Position numbers and translations under genes: made by a program. Below the pieces are notes generated by a model that searched no databases, was not told where the DNA came from, and saw nothing but the letters and a program-made list of their open reading frames with translations. A stretch of 64,000 bases of DNA from the human T2T-CHM13v2.0 reference genome, Homo sapiens, in NCBI RefSeq assembly GCF_009914755.1, contig NC_060931.1. One strand, given 5' to 3'. Shown in pieces: positions 54,401-64,000 of this stretch (positions are counted from its first letter, which is position 1; each line of letters begins with the position of its first letter).

Positions 54401-57390
54401 GATACCATTCCATTCCATTCCATGGCATTCCTTTACATTCCATTGCATTCGAGTTGTGTTGATTCCATTCCATTCCATTCAATTCCATACCATTTCATTC
54501 CATTTCATTCAACTCGGTTTGATTCCATTCAATTCCATTTCATTCCATTCCATTCCACTGCATTCCATTCCATTCCATTCCACTCCGGTTGACTCCATTC
54601 CATTCCATTCCATTCCATTGCATTGCATTCCATTCCATTTCAGTCCGGTTGATTCCATTCCATTCCATTCCATTTCATAGCATTCCATTCCATTCCACTC
54701 GCGTTGATTCCATTCCATTCCATTATATTCCACTCGTGATCTTTCCATTCCGTTCCATTCCATTCAATTCTATTCCATTCCATTGCATTCCATTCCTTTC
54801 CACTCCAGTTGATTCCATTGCATTCCATTCCATTCCATTCCATTCCATTCCTTTCCATTCCATTCCATTCCTTTGCATTCCATTCCATTCCACTCGGGTT
54901 GATTCCATTCCATTCCATTTCATTCCATTCCATTCCATCCCATTCCCTTCCATTCGCGTTGATACCATTCCATTCCATTCCTTTCCATTGCAATGCATTC
55001 CAGATGATTCCATTCCATACCATTCCATTCCATTCTATTCCATTCCATTCCATTCCATTCCATTCCATTCCATTCCATTCTATTTGATTCCATTCATTTC
55101 CATTCCATTCCATTCCATTCCTCTCTGGTTGATTCCTTTCCATTCCATTCCATTCGATTGCATACCATTCCTCTCGGATTTATTCCTTTCCATTCCAGTC
55201 CATTCCATTCCATGCCACACTGGCTGATTCCGTTCCATTCCACTTCATTCCTTTCCATTTCATTCCTTTCCATTATATTCCTTTCCATTCCATTCCACTC
55301 GTGTTGATTCCATTCCATTGCCTTCTTTTCCCTTCCACTCGGGCTGATACCATTCCATTCCATTCCATTCCATTCCATTCCATTCCACTCCATTGCTTTC
55401 CATTCCATTGCATTCGACTTCGGTTGATTCCATTCCATTCCATTCCTTTCCATTCCATTCCATTCGGGTTGACTCCAGTCCATTCCATTCTATTCCATTC
55501 CATTCCATTCCATGCCATTCCACTGGAGTTGATTCCGTTGCATTCCATTCCATTCCATTCCTTTCCATTCCATTCCATTCCATTCCATTCCATTCCATTC
55601 CATCCCATTCTACTCGGGTTTATTGCATTCCATTCCATACCATTCCATTAATTGCAATTCTCTTCCATTCCACACTGGTGGATGCCATTCCATTCCATTC
55701 CATTCCATTCCATTCTCGTTGATACCTTTCCATTCCATTCCATTCCATTCCATTCCTTCCCATTGCATTGCATTCCAGATGATTGCATTCCATTCCATTA
55801 AACTCCATTCCATTCCATATCATTCCATTCCATTCCATTCCTTTCCACTGGTGATGATTTCATTCCGTTGCCATCCATTCCATTCCCCTCGAGTTGATAC
55901 CATTCCATTCCATTCCATTCCATTCCTTTCCATTGCATTCCATTCCTTGCCATTCCATTCTATTCTAATCGGGTTGATTCCATTCCATTCCATTTCATTC
56001 CATTCCCTTCCATTCCATTCCATTCCATTCCATTCCATTCCATTCCTTTCCATTCCATTCCTTTGGTGTTGACACCATTCCATTCCATTCCATTCCTTTG
56101 GCGTTGATACCATTCCATTCCATTCCATTCCTTTCCATTCCATTCCACTCGTATTGATTCCATTCCATTGTATACCATTCCATTCCACTCGGGTTGATAC
56201 CATTCCATTCCATTCCATTCCGTTCCTTTACATTCCGTTGCATTCGAGTCGTGTTGATTCCATTCCATTCCATTCAATTCCATACCATTTCATTCCATTT
56301 CATTCACCTCGGTTTGATTCCATTCCATTCTATTTCATTCCATTGCATTCCATTGCATTCCATTCCATTCCATTCCACTCCGGTTGATTCCATTCCATTC
56401 CATTCCATTGCATAGCATTGCATTGCATTCCATTCCATTCCACTCCAGTTGATTCCATTCCATTCCATTCCATTTCATTGCATTCCATTCCATTCCACTC
56501 TCGTTGATTCCATTCCATTACATTCCATTCCACTCGTCATCTTTCCATTCCATTGCATTCCATTCCATTCCATTCCATTCTATTCCCTTCCATTCCATTC
56601 CTTTCCACTCCAGTTGATTCCATTGCATTCCATTCCATTCCATTCCATTCCATTCCATTCCTTTCCATTCCATTCCATTCCACTCGGGTTGATTCCATTC
56701 CATTCTTCTTCATTCCATTCCATTCCTTTCCATTCCATTCCATTCCCTTCCTTTCTCATTAATAGAATTCCATTTCTTTCCATTCCATTCCTTTCCATTG
56801 CAATGCATTCCAGATGATTCCATTCCATTCCATTCCACTCCATTCAATTCTACTCCATTCCATTCCATTCCATTCCTTTCCATACCATTCCACTCGGGTT
56901 GATTCCATTCCATTCTATTCCATTCTATTCCATTCCATTCCATTCCATTCCACTCGGTTTGATTCCATTCCATTCCATTTCATTCCATTCCATTACATTT
57001 CATTCTATTCCATTCCATTCCATTCCATTCCATTCCATTCCATTCCATTCCACTCGTGTTGATTAAATTCCATTGCCTTCCATTCCATTCCACTCAGGTT
57101 GATTCCATTCCATTCCATTCCATTCCATTCCTTTCCATTTCTTTCGATTCCATTGCATTCAAATCGGGTTGATTCAATTGCTTTCCGTTCAATTCCATTC
57201 CATTTCTTTCCATTCCATTCAACTCGTTTTGATTCCATTCCATTCCATTTCATTCCATTCTATTGCATTCCTTTCCATTCCATTCCACTCGGGTTGTTTC
57301 CATTCCATTCCATTCCATTCCATTCAATTCCATTAAATTCCACTCAATTCCATTGTAGGAGATTTCTTTCCATTCCATTCCATTCCATTC
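51400..57390 (+). repeat. HSat3 domain 3: older, more diverged block with a ~1.8-2.1 kb period
   Basis: CAATGCATTCCAGATGATTC occurs at 52966, 54981 and 56801. Further landmark pairs: GCCACACTGG at 53209/55214, CATTGTATACC at 54371/56166, CACTCCGGTTG at 54581/56376. Copies differ at many more positions than domain-1 or domain-2 copies do. Confidence 0.75.
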
Positions 57391-60300
57391 CATTCCATTC
57401 CATGCCATTCCACTCTCATTGATTCCATTCCATTCTATTCCATTCCTTTCCTTTCCACTTGCGTTGATTCCATTCAATTCCATTCCATTACATTCCATTC
57501 CACTAGGGTTTATTCAATTTCGCTCCATTCCATTCCATTGCATTCCATTCCATTCCATTCCAATCGTGTTGATTCCAATTCCTTACAATCTATTCAATTC
57601 CATTCCATTCCGTTACATTACATTACTTTCCGTTCCATTCCACTCGTGTGGATTCCATTCCATTGCCTTCCATTCCATTCCACTATGGTTGATTCCACTC
57701 CATTCCTTTCCATTCCTTTCTTTTCCATTCCATTGCATTCGACTCAAGGTGATTCCAATCCATTCCATTCCATTCCACTCCATTCCATTCCATTCCATTC
57801 CTTTCCATTCCATTCCCGTTGATTGCATTCCATTCCATTCCATTCCATGCCATTCCACTCTCATTGATTCCATTCCATTCCATTCCATTCCATTTCATTC
57901 CATTCCATTCCATTCCATGCCATTCCACTCTCATTGATTCCATTCCATTCCATTCCATTCCATTCCATTCCATTCCATTCCATTCCATGTCATTCCACTC
58001 TCGTTGATTCCATTCCATTCCATTCCATTCCTTTCCATTCCACTTGCGTTGATTCCATTCAATTCCATTCCATTACATTCCATTCCACTCGGGTTTATTC
58101 AATTTCGCTCCATTCCATTCCATTGCATTCCATTCCATTCCATTCCATTCGTGTTGATTCCAATTCCTTACAATCTATTCAATTCCATTCCATTCCATTC
58201 CATTCCATTACTTTACTTTCCTTTCCATTCCACTCGTGTGGATTCCATTCCATTGCCTTCCATTCCATTCCACTCTGGTTGATTCCACTCCATTCCTTTC
58301 CATTCCTTTCTTTTCCATTCCATTGCATTCGACTCAAGGTGATTCCAATCCATTCCATTCCATTCCATTGCATTCCATTCCATTTCATAGCATTCCGTTC
58401 CATTCCATTCCATTGCATTCGGGTTGTTTCCAGTCCATTCCATTCCATTCAAGTCCATTCCATTCCATTCCGTTCCATTCCGTTCCACTCGAGTTGATTC
58501 CATTGCATCCCCTTCCATTTCATTCCACTCCATTCCATTCCATTCCATTCCATTCCATTCCATTCTATTACATTCCTTTCCCTTCCATCCCATTCCAATC
58601 GAGTTGATTCCATTGCATTCGATTCCATTCCATTCCATTCCATTCCATTCCATTCCATTCCATTCCATTTCGTACCACTCGTGTTTATTCCATTCCATTC
58701 CATTCCATTCCATTCCATTCCATTCCATTCCTTGCCATTGCATTCCATTCCATTGCATTCCATTGGTGTTGATTCCAATCCATTACAATCTGTTCCATTC
58801 CATTACATTCCACTCGAGTGGATTCCACTGCATTCCATTCCATTCCATTCCATTCCATTCCATTCCATTCCATTCCATTCCACTCCATTCCACTCCATTC
58901 CATTCCATTCCATTCCACTCCATTCCATTCCATTCCATTGCTCTCGGGTTAATTCCGTTCCATTCCATGCCATTTCATTCCATTCTATTCCATACCATTC
59001 CACTCGGGTTTTTTCAGTTCCATTCCATTCCATTCCATTCCATTCCATTCCATTCCACACCATGCCACTCATGTTAATTCCATTCCATTCCATTTCATTC
59101 CATTCCATTAAATTCTATTCCATTGCATTTCATTCCATTCCGTTCTATTCCATACCATTCCACTCGGGTTTTTTCCATTCCATTCCATTCCATTCCATTC
59201 CATTCCATTCCATTCCATTCCATTCCATGCCACTCATGTTGATTCCATTCCATTCCATTCCATTTCATTCCATTCCATTAATTTCCTTTCCATTCCATTC
59301 CATTCCATTCCATTCCATTCCACTCTTGTTGATTCCATTCCATTGCCGTCCATTCCATTCCACTAGGGTTGATACCATTCCATTCCATTCCATTGCATTC
59401 TTTTCCATTCCATCTCATTTGACTCGGGTTGATTCTACTGCATCCCATTGCATTCCATTCCACTCCATTCCATTCCATTTCATTCCATTCCACTTGGGTT
59501 TATTCCATTCCATTTGATTCCGTTCCTTTCCTTTCCATTCCTTGCCACTCAGGTTGACTCCATTCCATTCCATTTCATTCCATTCCTTTCCATTCAGTTC
59601 CACTCCATTCCATTCCATTCCATTCCAGTCGTGTTGATTCCATTCAATTGCCTTCCATTCCATTCCACTTGGTTTGATACCATTCCATTCCATTCCATTC
59701 CATTCCATTCCAATCCTTTCCATGACAATACATTCCAGTCGGGTTGATTCCAGTCCGTTCCGTTCCATTCCATTCCATTCCATTCATTTCCACTCGGGTT
59801 GATTATATTCCATTCCCTTCCATTCAATTCCATTCCACACGGGTTGATTATATTCCATTCCCTTCCATTCCATTCCATTCCACACGGGTTGATTCCAGTC
59901 CTTTCAATTCCATCCCATTGCATTCCATTCAATTACGTTCCATTGCATTCCATTCCATTCCACTCTGGTTCATTCCATTCCATTCCGTTTCATTCCATTC
60001 TATTCCATTCCGCTCGTGTTGATTTCATTCCATTCCATTCCCTTACATTCCACTCGGGTTGGCTCCATTCCATTACATTCCATTCCTTTCCATCCGTTTC
60101 CATTCCATTCTATTCCACTCGCGTTGATTCCATTCCATTCCATTCCATTCCATTCCATTCCATTCCATTCCTTTCCATTCCATTCCCGTTGATTGCATTC
60201 CATTCCATTCCATTCCATGCCATTCCACTCTCATTGATTCCATTCCATTCCATTCCATTCCATTCCATTCCATTCCATTCCATGCCATTCCATCTCGTTG

Positions 60301-63300
60301 ATTCCATTCCATTCCATTCCATTCTTTTCCATTCCACTTGCGTTGATTCCATTCCATTCCATTACATTCCATTCCACTTTGGTTTATTCAATTTCGCTCC
60401 ATTCCATTCCATTGCATTCCATTCCATTCCATTCCATTCGTGTGGATTCCAATTCCTTACAATCTGTTCCATTCCATTCCATTCCATTCCATTACTTTCC
60501 TTTCCATTCCACTCGTGTGGATTCCATTCCATTGTCTTCCATTCCATTCCACTAGGGTTGATTCCACTCCATTCCTTTCCATTCCTTTCTTTTCCATTCC
60601 ATTGCATTCGACTCAAGGTGATTTCAATCCATTCCATTCCATTCCATTGCATTCCATTCCACTCCGTAGCATTCCATTCCATTCCATTCCATTCCATTCC
60701 ATTCCATTCCATTCCATTCCATTCTATTCCATTCCATTGCATTCGGGTTGTTTCCAGTCCATTCCATTCCATTCAAGTCCATTCAATTCCATTCCATTCC
60801 ACTCGAGTTGATTCCATTGCATCCCCTTCCATTTCATCCCACTCCATTCCATTCCATTCCATTCCATTCCATTCCATTCCATTCCACACGGGTTTATTCC
60901 ATTCCATTCCATTTAATTCTATTCCATTCCTTTCCATTCCATGCCACTCAGGTTGATTCCATTCCATTCCATTCCATTCCATTCCATTACATTCCGTTCC
61001 ATTCCATTCCATTCGGGTTGAATCCGGTCCATTCCATCCTATTCCATTCCATTCCATTCCATTTTATTCCACTCAAGTTGATTACATTGCATCCTATTCC
61101 ATTCCATTCCCCTCCATTCCTATCCATTCCATTGCATTCCTTGCCATTTCATTCCATTCATCTCGGGTTGATTCCATTCCAGTCCATTTCAGATCATTCC
61201 ATGCCATTCCATTCCATTCCATACGCGTTGATACCATTCCATTCCATTCCATTCCATTCCATTCCATTCCATTCTATTCCATTTCTTTCCCTTCCATCCA
61301 ATTCCAATCGAGTTGATTCCATTGCATTCGATTCCTTTCCATTCCATTCCATTCCATTCCATTCCGTACCACTCGGGTTTATGCCATTCCATTCCATTCC
61401 ATTCCTTGCCATTGCATTCCATTCCATTGCATTCCATTGGTGTTGATTCCAATCCATTACAATCTGTTCCATTCCATTATATTCCACTCGAGTGGATTCC
61501 ACTGCATTTCATTCCATTCCATTCCATTCCATTCCACTCCATTCCATTCCATTCCATTCCACTCCATTCCATTCCATTCCATTGCTCTCGGGTTAATTCC
61601 ATTCCATTCCATTCCATCCCATTCCATTCCATTCCATTCTATTCCATACCATTCCACTCGGTTTTTTTCAATTCCATTCCATTCCATTCCATTCCATTCC
61701 ATTCCACTCCATGCCACTCATGTTGATTCCATTCCATTCCATTTCATTCCACTCCATTAAATTCTATTCCATTCCATTTCATTCCATTCCATTCTATTCC
61801 ATACCATTCCACTCGGGTTTTTTCCATTCCATTCCATTCCATTCCATTCCATTCCATTCCATTCCATGCCACTCATGTTGATTCCATTCCATTCCATTTC
61901 ATTCCCTTCCATTAAATTCCATTCCATTCCATTCCATTCCATTCCACTCGTGTTGATTCCATTCCATTGCTTTCCATTCCATTCCACTAGGGTTGATACC
62001 ATTCCATTCCATTCCATTGCATTCTTTTCCATTCCATCTCATTCGTCTCGGGTTGATTCCACTGCATCCCATTGCATTCCATTCCACTCCATTCCATTCC
62101 ATTTCATTCCATTCCACTTGGGTTTATTCCATTCCATTTGATTCCATTCCTTTCCTTTCCATTCCCTGCCACTCAGGTTGACTCCATTCCATTCCATTTC
62201 ATTCCATTCCATTCCATTCTGTTACACTCCATTCCATTCCATTCCATTCCATCACAGTCGTGTTGATTCCATTCAATTGCCTTCCGTTCCATTCCACTTG
62301 GTTTGATACCATTCCATTCCATTCCATTCCATTCCAATCCTTTCCATGCCAATACATTCCAGTCGGGTTGATTCCAGTCCGTTCCGTTCCATTCCATTCC
62401 ATTCCATTCATTTCCACTCGGGTTGATTATATTCCATTCCCTTCCATTCCATTCCATTCCACACCGGTTGATTCCAGTCCTTTCAAATCCATCCCATTGC
62501 ATTCCATTCAGTTACGTTCCATTGAATTCCATTCCATTCCACTCTGGTTCATTCCATTCCTTTCCATTTCATTCCATTCTATTCAATTCCGATCGTGTTG
62601 ATTTCATTCCATTCCATTCCGTTACATTCCACTCGGGTTGGCTCCATTCCATTCCATTCCTTTCCATCCGTTTCCATTCCATTCTATTCCACTCGTGTTG
62701 ATTCCATTCCATTCCATTCCATTCCATTCCATTCCATTCCATTCCATTCCATTCCTTTCCATTCCATTCCCGTTGATTGCATTCCATTCCATTCCATTCC
62801 ATGCCATTCCACTCTCATTGATTCCATTGCATTCCATTCCATTCCATGCCATTCCACTCTCGTTGATTCCATTCCATTCCATTCCATTCCTTTCCATTCC
62901 ACTTGCGTTGATTCCATTCAATTCCATTCCATTACATTCCATTCCACTAGGGTTTATTCAATTTCACTCCATTCCATTCCATTCCATTCCATTCCATTCC
63001 ATTCCATTCGTGTTGATTCCAATTCCTTACAATCTATTCAATTCCATTCCATTGCATTACATTACATTACTTTCCTTTCCATTCCACTCGTGTGGATTCC
63101 ATTCCATTCCCTTTCATTCCATTCCACTATGGTTGATTCCACTCCATTCCTTTCCATTCCTTTCTTTTCCATTCCATTGCATTCGACTCAAGGTGATTCC
63201 AATCCATTCCATTCCATTGCATTCCATTCCATTCCATTCCATTCGTGTTGATTCCAATTCCTTACAATCTATTCAATTCCATTCCATTCCATTACATTAC

Positions 63301-64000
63301 TTTACTTTCCTTTCCATTCCACTCGTGTGGATTCCATTCCATTGCCTTCCGTTCCATTCCACTCTGGTTGATTCCACTCCATTCCTTTCCATTCCTTTCT
63401 TTTCCATTCCATTGCATTCGACTCAAGGTGATTCCAATCCATTCCATTCCATTCCATTGGATTCCATTCCATTCCATAGCATTCCGTTCCATTCCATTCC
63501 ATTGCATTCGGGTTGTTTCCAGTCCATTCCATTCCATTCAAGTCCATTCCATTCCATTCCGTTCCATTCCGTTCCACTCGAGTTGATTCCATTGCATCCC
63601 CTTCCATTTCATTCCACTCCATTCCATTCCATTCCATTCCATTCCACTCGGGTTTATTCCATTCCATTCCATTTAATTCTATTCCATTCCTTTCCATTCC
63701 ATGCCACTCAGGTTGATTCCATTCCATTCCATTCCATTCCATTCCGTTCCATTCCATTCCATTCCATTCGGGTTGAATCCGGTCCATTCCATTCCATTCC
63801 ATTCCATTCCATTCCTTTCCATCCGTTTCCATTCCATTCTATTCCACTCGGGTTGATTCCATTCCATTCCATTCCATTCCATTCCATTCCTTTCCATTCC
63901 ATTCCTGTTGATTGCATTCCATTCCATTCCATTCCATGCCATTCCACTCTCATTGATTCCATTCCATTCCATTCCATTCCATTCCATTCCATTCCATTCC
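57390..64000 (+). repeat. HSat3 domain 4: resumption of the domain-2 A/B higher-order repeat
   Basis: The same landmarks recur: ACTCAAGGTG at 57742, 58332, 60611, 63186 and 63421; the A marker at 58672; GGTTGAATCCGGTCC at 61016 and 63771; ACACCGGTTG at 62461. Confidence 0.87.
59796..59885 (+). repeat. 45 bp tandem duplication
   Basis: GGGTTGATTATATTCCATTCCCTTCCATTC(A/C)ATTCCATTCCACAC occurs at 59796 and 59841. Confidence 0.8.

Larger units (their letters stand above)
1..64000 (+). repeat. Human Satellite III (HSat3) pericentromeric tandem array, (CATTC)n on + strand
   Basis: Continuous CATTC/ATTCC pentamers from the first to the last base. They are interspersed with the in-phase decamer A(C/T)TCGGGTTG (e.g. 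52-61, 821-830, 1501-1510), the diagnostic SatIII interruption. The CATTCGATTC/GATGATTCC-dominated pattern of HSat2 is not prevalent. The abundance of ACTCGGGTTG fits an HSat3B-type subfamily, but subfamily and chromosome cannot be fixed by eye. Confidence 0.97.

Noticed and set aside
52100-56830. GATGATTCC and CATTCGATTC motifs suggesting HSat2
   Set aside because: These motifs are sparse and embedded in long pure CATTC runs with SatIII decamers. They lack the dense 23/26-bp HSat2 pattern.
10-63992. Hundreds of overlapping ORFs encoding FHSIP (+) or MEWNG (-) repeats, up to 401 aa (22111..23316)
   Set aside because: (CATTC)n has no stop codon in any frame on either strand, and (GGAAT)n supplies an ATG every 5 bp. 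All frames give the same 5-aa repeat, there are no domains, and the ORFs end at random variant decamers. This is a translation artefact.
1-64000. CRISPR-like alternation of a recurring motif (ACTCGGGTTG) with intervening sequence
   Set aside because: The intervening sequence is CATTC repeat rather than unique spacers, spacing is irregular, and no cas genes are present.
1-64000. Possible strand inversion or embedded Alu/L1/LTR insertion
   Set aside because: No GGAAT-oriented tract, poly-A tail or non-satellite stretch was seen on the + strand anywhere in the window.

Overview
The whole 64 kb window is human (or great-ape) Satellite III (HSat3). It is a single-orientation (CATTC)n pentamer array on the + strand ((GGAAT)n on the - strand), interrupted every ~40-120 bp by the classic SatIII decamer A(C/T)TCGGGTTG and its variants. 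I found no genes, RNA genes, CRISPR arrays, transposons or strand inversions. Every ORF in the track (FHSIP / MEWNG repeats) is an artefact of translating a stop-poor 5-bp repeat. The real structure is at the higher-order level, with four domains: (1) 1-~21.1 kb, built on a ~1.1-1.75 kb unit, with nested 1.65 kb, 5.08 kb and ~10.0 kb duplications; (2) ~21.1-51.4 kb, a ~2.6 kb base unit (1.9-3.7 kb variants) in A and B forms that pair into a ~5.8 kb dimer; (3) ~51.4-57.4 kb, an older and more diverged ~1.8-2.1 kb unit; (4) ~57.4-64 kb, a return to the domain-2 family. Two observations stand out. All 26 net shifts in pentamer register that I could trace are -1 (mod 5). Segments of the domain-2 and domain-3 families are embedded as mosaics inside domain 1. 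I found no evidence of a new protein-coding system. Coordinates were read by eye from landmark motifs; landmarks are accurate to a few bp, and boundaries that fall in pure CATTC runs to tens of bp.
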